A stretch of DNA of 64,000 nucleotides from positions 113,400,001-113,464,000 of the forward strand of contig CM059431.1 in NCBI GenBank assembly GCA_030390025.1, given 5' to 3'. The stretch comes from Squalus acanthias. Lineage: Eukaryota. The translations under genes and the position numbers were made by a program. The notes beneath the pieces are model-generated. The model saw only the letters and a list, made by a program, of their open reading frames with translations, ran no database searches and was not told where the DNA came from. This document shows, piece after piece, positions 13,045-25,561 of the stretch (positions are counted from its first letter, which is position 1; each line of letters starts with the position of its first letter).

Positions 13045-13532
13045 CCTTCCAAAACTCTGCTGCCTGTATCCTAACTCGCACCAAGTCCCGTTCACCCATC
13101 ACACCTGTGCTCACTGACCTACATAGGCTCTCGGTTGAGCAACGCCTCAATTTTAAAATTCTCCTCCTTGTTTTCAAATCCCTCCATGGCCTCGCCCCTC
13201 CCTACCTCTGTAACCTCCTCAAGCCCTACAACCCTCAGAGATATCAGCACCCCTCCAATTCTGGCCTCTTGCACATCATTAGTTTTAATCGCACCACCAT
13301 TGGCAGCCGTGCCTTCAGCTGCCAAGGCCCTAAGCTCTGGAATTCCCTCCCTAAACCTTTCTGCCTGTCTACCTCTTTTTCCTCCTTTACGACGCTCCTT
13401 AAAACCTACCTCTTTGACCAAGCATCTGTCCTAATATCTGGCTGTTGAATTTTGTTTGATTACACTCCTGTGAAGTGCCTTGGAATGTTTTACTACGTTA
13501 AAGGCGCTATATAAATACAAGTTGTTGCTGTT
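13045..13532 (+). mobile_element. L2-clade LINE 3' fragment
   Basis: LTDLH.L.VEQRLNFKILLLVFKSLHGLAPPYL...GSRAFSCQGPKLWNSLP plus tail. Confidence 0.88.
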
Positions 13533-14479
13533 GGATGAGATCAAGTTTTATTTATTTTCTGTTCTCTGGGTACATGTGATGCTGGCAATGCAGCATTGCT
13601 ATTGGCCATTCTTAAATGTCCTGAGATGGTGGTGGTGAGTCTTCTTGGCCTGCAGCAGTCCTTGGGATGGTGGCCCTCCCATGAATTCCAGGAGATTGAC
13701 CCAGTGACAATGAATGCCTTGTGTGACTTGGAAGGGAGCTTGCAGGTGAATGTGTTCCCATGATCTGAGATAACTTAGCAGAGGTCAAGGATGTTCCCGG
13801 GCTGTATAGCTGTGCTACCAACTGAGCCATTGGGGGAACCCTCGTGACCTTTTGTATGAATGTTAAATGGAGAAAATCAAAACAGATGTTCTTTTGATTA
13901 AAGAGCCAATGTTACACTTTTAACTGTTTCATTCCTGGCTATGGTGATCAACAAATTGAAAATAAGATTTCATTTATTCCTGTGTCATAAGAATTTTTTG
14001 AATTAAATTGACATAAACTGGTAATGAGCACCCATAATACTAATCACAACCACTAGCTGCCCTGAAAGATTCAAGATCTTTATTCATTTGATAAATGCCA
14101 AGCACCATTCAGAAAATAGATATAATTATTTGAAATGACAAAACCTTACCTAAAGCATAAAAGTCCGAGCAACAAAGTAAAATACTCTATAGCAAACATT
14201 AAGAACCATTCCGTAGAAAATTTGAAACTAGATACAGCATGTTCATGCTTTCTTTTCATATTGCTTAAGATGAGCTTTAACCTGCCATATGCAAATGAAA
14301 TGAAGATTAAAATATAACTTTTTTAATATTGTAAAAGTGTATAAAATCCCACACTATCAGCCCTATTTCCCCATCAGAAAACAAGCTTTAACAGGAGTCA
14401 GTAGCTATTTCTCTGGTATATGTTACGTACACTGCCCTCTTATGGTAATCTGGCGGCTGCACATTCCGTTAAGTCTTAC

Positions 14480-14613
14480 CTCAATAGTTCACATCTGTTG
14501 GGATCATATTCATCGTAGAATATTTTCATTAAAATTCTGCTAAGGTGAAGTGGAAGCCAACAGAGGGCAAAAACGAGCACTAAGCAGAACACAGTCTTTG
14601 CTACCTCACGACG
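14480..14613 (-). CDS. EDNRB: EDNRB coding exon 5 (134 nt, TM6-ECL3)
   Basis: [50 protein letters not shown](S)|GTAAGA. Confidence 0.97.
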
Positions 14614-14969
14614 CTGCAAGGGAATGATCAGAATGTTATTTACACAATTGAACCCTTTGTTTGAAGAAGCTTCAAGATTAGTAATCAAAGACACTTTGAG
14701 GATATTGTATTATTATAGTCATGAGCCTTGGACGAATGCAGTTGAATAAACCCTTTCTACTGCAGTAATACAGTGACACGCTCTCAACATTTTAGCACAT
14801 CACTTCCCCGCGTACCTTTATTGATGTATGAAACTTGCCAACAAGCGGGTGCTTAGCATGGATTTCTGCCACAGGATTGATTTGACGGATGTGTTGGTGT
14901 GACCTGTTCATGTAAATATATTTATTCACACTTCTGGGAATGAGCTTTTCTGCAACTTCAAGTAAGAAT

Positions 14970-16870
14970 CCTTCGGAGTTAGTGGAGTGGGCAGATAGGT
15001 GGCAGATGCAGTTCAATGCGCAGAAATGTGAAATACTATATTTTGGGGGAAAAGGACGGTGAAAGGAGTACACCCTAAATGCTGAGTGGATGAATAGAGC
15101 AATCTAGGACGTTAATCTTTAAAAGTGGAAATGCAGGTATAAAAAAGCCATAAGACGAGTAGGATTTTAGGATTTATGTGTAGGGACCGTGATTACAAAA
15201 GCAAGGAAGTGATGATTTTGTGTTTGGGGGAAAAGGACGGTGAAAGGAGTACATCCTAAATGGTAAAATTCTAATCTGAGTGGATGAATAGAGCAATCTA
15301 GGACGTTAATCTTTAAAAGTGGAAATGCAGGTATAAAAAAGCCATAAGACGAGTAGGATTTTAGGATTTATGTGTACGGGACCGTGATTACAAAAGCAAG
15401 GAAGTGATGATTTTGTGCAAATCATTATCACTGAGTAATCCATGCAGTTCTGGGCACCCTGTTGATGGAAGGTTATTACAGCTTTGAAAATGGTACAGTG
15501 AAAATTCACTAGAATACTACCAGGAATAAGAAGTTATAGTTATGAAGAAAGGCTCAAAGCATTGGGACGATTTTCACTGTAACAGAGAAGGATAAAGGAG
15601 GAAACATAGAAACATAGAAACATAGAAAATAGGTACAGGAGTAGACCATTCGGTCCTTCGAGCCTGCACCGCCATTCAATGCGTTCATGGCTGAACATGC
15701 TAACTCAGTACCCCATTCCTGCTTTCTCGCCATACCCCTTGATCCCCCTAGTTGTGAGTGTTATATCTAACTCCCTTTTGAATATATTTAGCGAACTGGC
15801 CTCAACAACCTTCTGTGGAAGAGAATTCCATAGATTCACCACTCTCTGGGTGAAGAAGTTCCTCCTCAGCTCAGTCTTAAATGGCTTCCCCTTAATCCTT
15901 AGACTGTGACCCCTGGTTCTAGTTTTCCCTAACATTGGGAACATTCTGCCCGCATCTAATTTGTCTAAACCAGTCAGGATTTTAAATGTCTCTATAAGAT
16001 CCCCCCTCATTCTTCTGAACTCCAGTGGATACAAGTTCAGTTGACCCAATCTTTCTTGATATGTCAGTCCGGCCATCCCAGGAATCAATCTAGTGAACCT
16101 TCGCTGCACTCCCTCAATAGCAAGAATGTCCTTCCTTAAGTTAGGAGACCAAAACTGCGCACAATACTCCAGGTGTGGCCTCACCAAGGCCCTGTACAAC
16201 TGCAGCATCACCTCCCTACTCCTGTACTCAAATCCCCTTACTATGAAGGCCATCATTCCGTTTGCTTTCTTGACTGCCTGCTGCACTTGCATTCCCACCT
16301 TCAGTGACTGATGTACCATGACGCCCAGGTCTCGTTGCACCTCCCCTTTCCCTAATCTGCCACCATTCAGGTAATAGTCCGCCTCTCTATTTTTACCACC
16401 AAAGTGGATAACTCACATTTATCCACATTGTACTTCATCTGCCATACATTTGCCCATTCACCCAACCTGTCCAAGTCACTCTGTAGCCTCCTAGCATCCT
16501 CCTCATTGTTCACACTGCCTCCCAATTTAGAGGACATAATGAAAATTTTCAAAATTATGAAAGGTTTTGAGAGGGCTAATAATGAAAGATTGTTGCCACT
16601 GGTTGGTGAATCAGTAATGAGGGGACAGAAACGTAGAACTGGAAGAACAAAGGGGAAAGTTTGAAGAATTATTTTCACAGAGAATTATTGGAACATGGAA
16701 CGTTTTACTGCTATTGAGGCAGAGACTCATTTAAAAGGGAACTACATAAATGCTTGTAAAGGAAGAATATAAAAGGATACGGGGAAAGAACAGGGAATTG
16801 AAATTATGATAGATAACCCCAGTTGAAGAGCTAGTGCTAGCATGATGAGACAAACTGTCGTTCTGTAATT
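14970..16870 (+). mobile_element. Old degenerate CR1 fragment, with an internal tandem duplication and a younger CR1 inserted
   Basis: Decayed RT-region sequence at 14970-15600 that continues at 16530-16870. Confidence 0.7.
15603..16527 (-). mobile_element. Younger CR1 3' fragment
   Basis: 211-aa ORF2 C-terminus (QRDLGV...LYRALVRPHLEYC...WNSLP) and (AAACATAG)n tail at 15603. Confidence 0.93.
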
Positions 16871-19800
16871 TCTGAGATTCGCAGGATCAGGTAGTACATG
16901 TAGGTTTGTGGGGCACTCAGAGTTTAAAGCAGTCAATTACATTCTACTTGGTCCAAACAGAATGCACGCTGTTGAATGGTAATCAACTAAGCCACGGGAT
17001 GGAGATTAAATTGGCAACTTTTAAATAATCTTGATTCAAGTGGAACATTTCTTGGCAAAGCAGTTGTGTGTTCATCAACATTTTGGAGTACTGAAACATT
17101 CACTTTTTTATGCTGATCGGAACAAAATTACATTCTGTACCATTTTTATTAAATGGACAATCTGTACTGTGAAGCAGTATCGGGGAACAGTACAAACCTG
17201 GCTGTAATGGAGAGCTATCTGTGTACTATGCAATCCGATTATAGCTGGTGGATGAATTGAAATCTAAAAGCTAACCTTTTGAGGTAATGGTAGACAACTG
17301 ATTATTACTAGTTAAGTATTCATGTAGACTTGCATTATTGTACACTAGATGGTCAGTATAGCCAGATTGTCTGTGAAAACAGTTTCACTATAACGCAGGA
17401 TTAAGTTGTTTCCATTGCTATCAAGAAAGAGTAGATGTATGCATTTCAGACTATTTACATGGCAGCGTTAGATATTAATGGGCTTTTAAACTCTACATTT
17501 TTAGAAAAAAAATCTTTCATTAGCTGAAAAGTTTTGGCCTTCAGTGTCTTAAAGTTTTTCACATTCACTGAAAAATGGTTTTGTCTGATGCTGCTTTTCA
17601 AAAAGTTTACTACTTTCAGCTTTAAGTTCTTCAGCTTTAAGCTGCCTTCCATTTGATACTGGCTAACAGACAACAGCTTTAGGTAAAGAAGAAGCAGAGA
17701 TTTCTGCTGTCATCGTCCTATATGAGATTGCACAAGCATTAGAGACTGTCAAAATGTTGGGCCATATATGCTAACACATACAGTTGGCATGTATGTGTTA
17801 GCGTACATGCCAACTGTCTTGTGTTTCTCACAGCCATTAGCCTTGTCAGGTCGTTGTGTCTCTATCCATATTGCTCAGTTGAAAAACTGCTCCAGCTCTC
17901 CTTTGAGCACCATTCCCAGCTCTGCCCCAGGGCACTATTCCTGGCTCCTGCTACTACCACCCCAGGGAATTGAACACAGCAGCAAGCTGTGGGAAGAAGT
18001 CTCATGATCCTGATACGGGATCAGGAATTCATGCCCATAGCACGCAGCACATTCAAGTCTCCAGAGCAGCAACAGCAGGTAGGAGCTAGAAGTGTCCCTC
18101 AGAGGAGAGTTGAGGGGGAAATGCCAGAGTGGGGGGGGGGGGGGGGGGGGGGTGGGGGGAAGAGTGCCAGCATAAAATAACGAAGGGGCAAAAGTGCCAC
18201 CGTGAACTGAGGAGGGAAAGAGAGAAAATAATGCTTGGCATAGGGCATCGAGGATGCCTTCATGTCATTGTGACAACTATATAAACCATGGTAAAACAAT
18301 GTAACTCCGAGATTTGATAACATTAGAGTACCGATACTTACCCACAACAGCAAACAATTTCTCCACAATAAATATGGGAAATCTGAACAATTTTGTGCCG
18401 CAATCTTCCACAATACAAATGATGAGAGGGGTGATTTTGCAATCTGCTGCCTCCCTCTGGGAGTGCCACGTTGCAGAATTGCCCCCATCAGGAATACCTG
18501 TGATTTGTGCTATGATCATTTGTGCCTCTTGGCACTTTTAGTGCAGCTAAATCTCATCGGCCTGTATTCAGAGCTGGCTTTATGTTGTCAGCATTTTTGA
18601 AGTTGGCCAGTAAGTTAGTTTTCCAGGTTGGCATGTATATTTTGGAGACTGTACAAGTTTTAGAGAATATGCAAATATTAGAAATTGTACAAGCAATAGC
18701 AGAGAAATGTCAAAATATTAACAGAGGAAGTGAAAATAGTTGTCCTTGCATTAGCAAATTAACCACTTCATTCCCCAGAATGCTCCTGGTTTTTTTTTCG
18801 ATAAACGTAGCTAAGACTTCAAAGGAGAACCCGTGACTGTAGCCAGATTTAGATTTTGGGGGCCAGGTACTTTTTATCTGCTGATCAGATTGATGCAAAA
18901 TTTGGGGCGGTTTTAAGCTCAAAGATTTCCTGCCCCAACTTGTAGAGAGACCAAAATTTTCTGTCCCTCAGATCTTGGCAAAAGCTAATAATAGAAAAAC
19001 TAGAGACAGCTAAAGGCTGAAAAGCCAAGAGCTGTCAGAAGGATTGAAAATTAAGTTGAAAAAAATATCAACAGATTCCCAAGGGCCGGGATTTTGCCTA
19101 CCTGGGCCGGTCCGGTACGGGCGGTGGCCGTGGCGGGTTGTGACCCCGCTGCTGAAAATGACTTTCTCTTAATAGGGCCTATTAAGCCCGCCCAGCGTGT
19201 TACCCGGCCCAATTAAATGGTGCAGGTCTGGTGATGTCATTCATGACACGTTTTCAGCCAGGATCTTTAAGGGGACCATGGCCACATTAGATTTGACGTT
19301 TAATCTAGCATAGTGCTGTCAGTGCACTACAGCATTGGAGTGCTGCAGACACTGACAATCACTGTGCAGAGGCAGAGGGCTGCACCCAGGTTCTCCGATG
19401 ACTCCCTCCCCAGGAGACCAAAACAGCCTGGTTGGAGATTGCAGAGGAGGTCACAAGCAGGAATGTGTTCAGGAGGACCTGGGTACAGTGCCGCAAATGT
19501 TTCAATGATCTCATTAGATCAGGAAACGTTAGTACAAAGCCACACTCAACTTCATCCTGCTGAGCCTCTCATCACATCCCCATCACTCTGCCTTCCCAAC
19601 CCTACTCCTGCACATCCTCACTCACACCAACTTACCTTGCACCTCCACCCATCCCTCTCTCGCTATACATTATCACATCCCCATCTCACTAGCCACCCCT
19701 CACACTCACCCTCATCCTAGTGCAATCATACCAACTAACAACTCACAAGGGCAGCCACTTGGTTGTTTATCCAATGTTTATGTAAATTTTCTGTTAATGG

Positions 19801-20504
19801 GGTGTCAAACATAATTTTTTTTTATTTTCAACACTTTCTGGTCTTTGATAGATTTGTGTGCACGTTTGGAAGTGGCTTAGTGAGTTGCAGTGAATGGTGA
19901 GACATAACGGTACTCCCCCCCCGCCTCCCGCAATAGTGATGAGTGTGAAAGGAATGGGTTTGGTCATTGTTGGGATGCTTTATGGTGTTGGTGTGGGGTG
20001 GTGCCAACCTGGCACATCAAGTGATTGCGGAGAAGGTTGGTGTTGTTGTTGGTGCTGCTGGTGTGCCTGGTGCTGCTGGTGTTGGGGCTCATCATTGTCC
20101 GATTCTGAGGACCAAGGCGAGACAGTATAAACGGCACCCATGTTGATGGAATAGATGGCAGGTGAAATACCAATGACAGAAGCATTCTGTCAATGGTGAG
20201 AGAGTTCTTCCAATGAGGTGAGACTGGATGGAGACTTTGCTGGAAAGACTTGCAGCCTGCAGAATCTGTGCTGAAAATGGACTGAGCAACAGCTTCTGCC
20301 TGAGGAAGGTGATCATCTGTCAGGTGGGAGCTTTTACTGTTCATGCTGTCAAGTAATCAGATGGAGCAATGGCCACGGAACTCCCGCCTCAGGATGACAG
20401 ACGTGCTTCCCGAGCAGCGTGGTTGCCGTGGCCATGCAGTTAATTTAAAAAGTAAGTTAAAAAAGCCTGTTAAGGTTCTGACAACTAGCTGTTAATCATC
20501 TCAA

Positions 20505-20841
20505 ATTTACACTTCATCTAGAGCCATCCTTTGTTTCTTAACCTGTCCCATTATCATCTCCTTTTGCCTTGAATATCTCTTAATGTCTCTTAACCTCTCC
20601 TGCCTTCTATCCTATCACAGACTTTCCCTTTTGTTCTTTCATCCCCTCCCCCCTTTCCCAGCCTCTACACTTGCTTAAAAATCTGTTCCATTTCCTGCTT
20701 TTTTCCAGTTCTGACGAAAGTTCATCGACCTGAAACGTTAACTCTGTTTCTCTCTTCACAGATGCTGCCTGACCTGCTGAGTTTCTCCAGCATTTTCTGT
20801 TTTTATTTCAGATTTCCAGCATCTGCAGTATTTTCTTCTTG
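20505..20841 (+). mobile_element. Second-family Penelope-like 3' fragment nested in the Harbinger derivative
   Basis: 15-bp TSD TGTTAATCATCTCAA at 20490-20504 and 20842-20856; carries a hammerhead motif. Confidence 0.75.
20707..20743 (+). ncRNA. Minimal hammerhead motif, second family
   Basis: AGUU-CUGACGA-A-AGUUC AUC GACCU-GAAA-CG-UU-AACU; one mismatch in stem II. Confidence 0.68.
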
Positions 20842-21112
20842 TGTTAATCATCTCAATTGGGTTTCCCGCTGTTGCTGGTCGGGCCGGCTCCGCGATGACA
20901 AACGAGCCTGGGGGAAAGGCGCGTGGGGGCGGGATGACAACGGGTTCCCGACCCGCTGTCAAAAATAGCAACTTTCCCACTCGACCCACCACCGATCACC
21001 ACTACCACCCCGGTAAATTCCGGCCCTAGTTCAAGTTGGAAAAGGCTTAGTAATGCAGTGAAAGAAACTTAATGCATTTGTATCTCATTCCTTTGACAAC
21101 TATTTTAACAAA

Positions 21113-21290
21113 TGTGAGAAGTCGCACAACACCAGGTTATAGTCCAACAGTTTTATTTGAAATCACAAGCTTTCGGAGCGCTGCTCCTTTGTCAGGTGAT
21201 TTCAAATAAAACTGTTGGACTATAACCTGGTGTTGTGCGACTTCTCACATTTGTCCACCCCAGTCCAACACCGGCATCTCCACATCATGG
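21113..21290. mobile_element. Short Penelope-like fold-back insert with 13-bp TSD
   Basis: TSD CTATTTTAACAAA at 21100-21112 and 21291-21303. Perfect 59-bp arms 21108-21166 / 21196-21254 enclose a minus-strand hammerhead core with CUGACAA (G8 lost). Confidence 0.88.
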
Positions 21291-22042
21291 CTATTTTAAC
21301 AAAGGCATTGATAACAGAGAAATTTGGAATGATACACTAAGCGTTCTTACGATAATACTGCATGGCGTAACTTGCAGACTAGAGAGACCAACGTACTGAT
21401 TGTCATCCCCTTACACATAGAAACTCAGGAAAAAACAGGAGGAAAAATGTGAAAGGCTATAAAGTTAGTGGAAAATACAGGTAAACTCTCCTTTTCATAA
21501 TATATTTTGTTGGAATATTTTACTTTGTTTTTTGTTGCATTCTTACTTGCTCAAGTAAATTATCAACTACAGCAGATATTAATCTTTAAGTGATTGATCA
21601 TTGGGTTTTAATCTTTGCAACTTGGTAAAGGTGATAATCAAGCAAGAGACAACATCTGCAGTAAATAAGAGACAATCTTTTGTTTGTGCTGAATTATTTG
21701 ATCTCAATCCCTGGGTTGGGAAGTTCGGGGGAGGGTGGTGATGAGAATCAGCCGGGTTCCCATTTCCGATCATTACCCAGTAACCCCAGCTGAAAAGGTA
21801 CATATGTATGGACAAAGGCTAGGGTTGGGCTTGGCCATACTGCCCCCATAGTCGAATAGTTCACCATAAATTGCTGTGTGAGCTTACGTGTGGAACGGCC
21901 AATTAAGTGAGGTAGTGGAGTGCGAGCAGCAGCCAGAAAGGAGCCAACACCTTCATAAAAGGGAGTGGCAAAAAATAGTGGAGGGGAAATGAAGGAAATA
22001 AAATGAAAGTGTACTGATAGTTAGACTTCCTGTTAAAGATCG

Positions 22043-23141
22043 AGGCTCTGAAATTCGGCAGGAGCTCTGCTGGTATCCCATCATAACTCCAACACCAACT
22101 TACCTTGCACCTCCACCCATCCCTCTCTATCTACATTATCACATTTCCATCTCACTAGCCACCCCTCACACTCACCCTCATCCTATTGCAATCATACCAA
22201 CTAACGACACACATGGGTAGGCACTTGGGTGTTTTAGCCAATGGAAGTGGCTTAGTGAGTTGCAGTGAATGGTGAGACATAACGGTACCCCCGCAATGAC
22301 GATGAGTGTGAAAGGAATGGCTTGGGCATTGTAGCGATGCTTTATGGTGTTGGTGTGGGGTGGTGCCCATGTGGCGCATCATGTGTCAGCCAGGGTGTAC
22401 AGCGTCAAGTGAAGTAAATCTGACCATGGTGAGGCCATCCCTGGCCTCCCCGGCAGCAATGTGGTCGGGTGCTGATGCCCTCTGTCCTGTGCAGCATCAG
22501 GTGATTGCGGAGAAGGTTGGTATAGTTGTTGTTGGTGCTGCTGGTGTTCCTGGTGATGCTGGTGTTGGGGCTGAACGTGGTGGGATTCTGAGGACCAAGG
22601 TGAGAGAGTTTCAAGGGCGCCCATGCTGATGGAATAGATGGCAGGTGAAGTACAGATGACAGAAGCGATCTGTCAATGGTAGGAGAGGTAATGAAGTCAG
22701 ACTTGATGGAGACTTGTGCAAAGTCTGGCAGCATCCTGAATCTGTAGTGGAAATGCAGTTTAGAGAAGCTCGTGGTTAAGGGAACATATCTCAATCAGCT
22801 GGGAGCTTTGACTTGAATCTGAAGCTGTCAACTCATCAGCTGATTCAATGGCCACTGACCTCCTGCCTCAGCTTCACAGATGGGAAACTGATGGGCGACC
22901 TGTTAAATCCAAAAAACTGGGAAAAAACCATTGATTAGTGGCTATAAACAAGCCACTAATGATTTTAATTACCTCCCCCACCGCTGCCTGTCGGGTCTGC
23001 TCAGTGCTGGCAGACCCTGACATCGGGAAAGTCCAGTGTACGCGTTTTGACAGCGGGTTCCTGACCCGCTGTCAATCATTTAAAATTTAACAGCTGACCC
23101 GCCACCGAAACCTTCCGCTGAGCGCCCTCAAAATTCCGGCC
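22043..23141. mobile_element. Harbinger deletion derivative related to 19083-21026
   Basis: Long stretches are homologous to 19625-20460; right TIR AAAATTCCGGCC; left boundary approximate. Confidence 0.75.
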
Positions 23142-23316
23142 ATTATCACATTGTTGTTTGTGGGAGCTTGCTGTGCACAAATTGCCTGCCGTGTTTCCTA
23201 CATTACAACAGTGACTACACTTCAAAAATGTACTTCACTGGCTGTGAAGCGCTTTGGGACGTCCTGAGGTCATGAAAGGCGCTATAGAAATGCAACTCTT
23301 TCTTTTTTTCTTCTTT
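23142..23316 (+). mobile_element. DeuSINE 3' part
   Basis: ATTATCACATTG...AAAGGCGCTATAGAAATGCAA tail. Confidence 0.85.
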
Positions 23317-23492
23317 CACGCTAACTCTATTTAATTGGGGAAAAGACTTAAATCAACCTCATAACAAAGGGTCACAATATTTAGCAAGCAACATGTTACT
23401 GAAAATGACTATCGATTTTGTTTAAGCCATTTATATTTGAAATGCAGTGCTCGTTGCTGAATTGCAAAAATAAAGTTTCAAGTTAAGATTCA

Positions 23493-23804
<312 letters not shown>

Positions 23805-23821
23805 CTAAATTTACCACCATT

Positions 23822-24089
23822 TAGAGCTGCCCAATCTGGTTGGACGTGTTCCTCGAGGTTTCATCACATGACCTCCTGCCTTCAACTGCCCCGCCCTGGT
23901 CAAACAGCCTTTTTTTCCTTACCATCTCCAATATTTTTATAACCAGTAAACAAAAGTGTTCAAAGAAAATGAAAAAGAAAATGCACAATTCTTTGAATGC
24001 AACTATGAGTTTTCTCGCAGCTGTGTGCTGGAGAATAATTTTTAATTCCTGGAAACACCAGGGCAATCCTGGAGGGTTGGCAACCCCTA
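23822..24089. mobile_element. hAT-type MITE
   Basis: TAGGGTTGCCA-type termini; 8-bp TSD CCACCATT/CCACCAGT; inverted homolog of 28980-29238. Confidence 0.75.
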
Positions 24090-24737
24090 CCACCAGTAGT
24101 GTGAACGTATTGTATTGGCCAGGAATTTCCTTGGATCTGTTCCATCTCCATAACTTTGCCAGAAGTGCAGCAGGAAACTCGTTTACCCAGGAAATTCCCT
24201 ACCATCATTTTACATTTTTATTAGCGGGGTGAATTTTATGTTCAGTAGCAGAAAAGATGTCAAAGATGGGTAATGGATTTTGTGTTTGCTTTTTAGCTCC
24301 CACTATCAATAAGAAACACTCTTGGGTCAAGTATAGCATAAAGTAAAAACGAATCATTTACTGCGCAGAATAAATTTCTTTGTTCTTCACCATCTGTCTT
24401 TCCATCTGTCTGCATCACAAACCGCAGCAGTTGGGTGTAAATTTATACTAATATTGGGCAGTTTTTGTATTGTGGACTCACAGCCATTGTGAACTGGTTT
24501 AAGACTCTGCAAATTCACTTCACATAGGATCCTTGCGCCTGATGAAGAGAAAGAGACTCTCCATTGTATAAATCTGATATGTATTCAAACTGAAGTGAAA
24601 CAAGAGTGTGCTAATCGACTGTATCTCACTGTTACCCTCAGATTATACATTTTGCTCAACGAGAGAGTGAGCTTCCATGAAGAATACGTCATCACCCTAG
24701 AAATATTTATAAAATGATACCAATTTCAATGTACAGG

Positions 24738-24931
24738 CAAAAAGCAAATCTCCAAATACTGGAGACACACAGCGGGTGCATCAGCACCTAAAAAGAAAAA
24801 AGACGGATTATATTTTGGGTGTGGATCCTTCACCGGATTGGGTCTCCATCTTAAACATCGTCAGTTCTAATGAACAGTCTACACCTGAACCATGAAACTG
24901 TCTTTCATCTTTTCCGATGCTGTGTTTTTAT
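24738..24931. mobile_element. Highly decayed inverted pair of second-family Penelope termini
   Basis: Diverged matches to 20700-20840 in both orientations. Confidence 0.45.
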
Positions 24932-25130
24932 TAACGCGCTCAATGTTACGGTCTATTTAGTTAAGTTGGAATGGCTTTGTAAAGTCATTTCACTTGCTGT
25001 ATTGTCACTTTTGTATCCCGCTGCAAACTAAAACATCTGCACACACTACTCAGCCCAATCTGATCAGAAAAAGTGTATCCATTAACATGACTGAATTTCA
25101 TCAATAAACAGAAATGATGGAACCTCATAC

Positions 25131-25335
25131 CTGCATAAATTTAGTTTTCTGAATGGGATGAAGCAAGCAGACACTGTATTTCTTGCCTCGATAGTCTATG
25201 TTTACCAGATCAAAGGCTATGGTTTCAGGAACTGCCAAAATAATCGACACTACCCAGATGAGTATGATTTCAATCACGGTCCACATGGGAACTCTGATCC
25301 CTTGAATACGGCTCCAGGATGCTACTGCTCGATAC
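25131..25335 (-). CDS. EDNRB: EDNRB coding exon 3 (205 nt, DRY-TM4-ECL2)
   Basis: CCTCAG|(R)[18 protein letters not shown]...[19 protein letters not shown]. Confidence 0.97.
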
Positions 25336-25448
25336 CTGAGGTTGGGGGAACCCGTGAAACACCACAGTAAATATAAAATGCCTTTTGATAGCAAGTAGCA
25401 AGCAAGATAGGACAGAGAGAAACACGTTTGACTGATGTGGTAAATTAC

Positions 25449-25561
25449 CTGTCTATACTGAGTGCACAGAGACTGAGAACAGTGATGCCAACCGATGCTT
25501 TCTGCATAAAAGGCATTAGTTTACATATTTCCACCCCAAAAGGCCAGTCTTCGGCGTGAAG
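25449..25561 (-). CDS. EDNRB: EDNRB coding exon 2 (113 nt, ECL1-TM3)
   Basis: [44 protein letters not shown](R)|GTAATT; phase fits exons 1 and 3. Confidence 0.97.

Larger units (their letters stand above)
19083..21026. mobile_element. Harbinger internal-deletion derivative
   Basis: TIRs GGGCCGGGATTTT / AAATTCCGGCCC. Plus-strand Myb remnant at 19367-19527 (RQRAAPRFSDDSL..AWLEIAEEVTSRNVFRRTWVQCRKCFNDL). Convergent minus-strand MGAV... His/Gln-rich start at about 20141. Confidence 0.85.

Noticed and set aside
18131..18158. Poly-G/C runs (also near 3650 and 61030) as regulatory G-quadruplexes
   Set aside because: Simple homopolymers of uncertain length with no supporting context.
21163..21199. 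Using this copy alone as covariation evidence for stem I
   Set aside because: Its pairing could result from the fold-back; the independent 63358-63395 copy provides the valid evidence.
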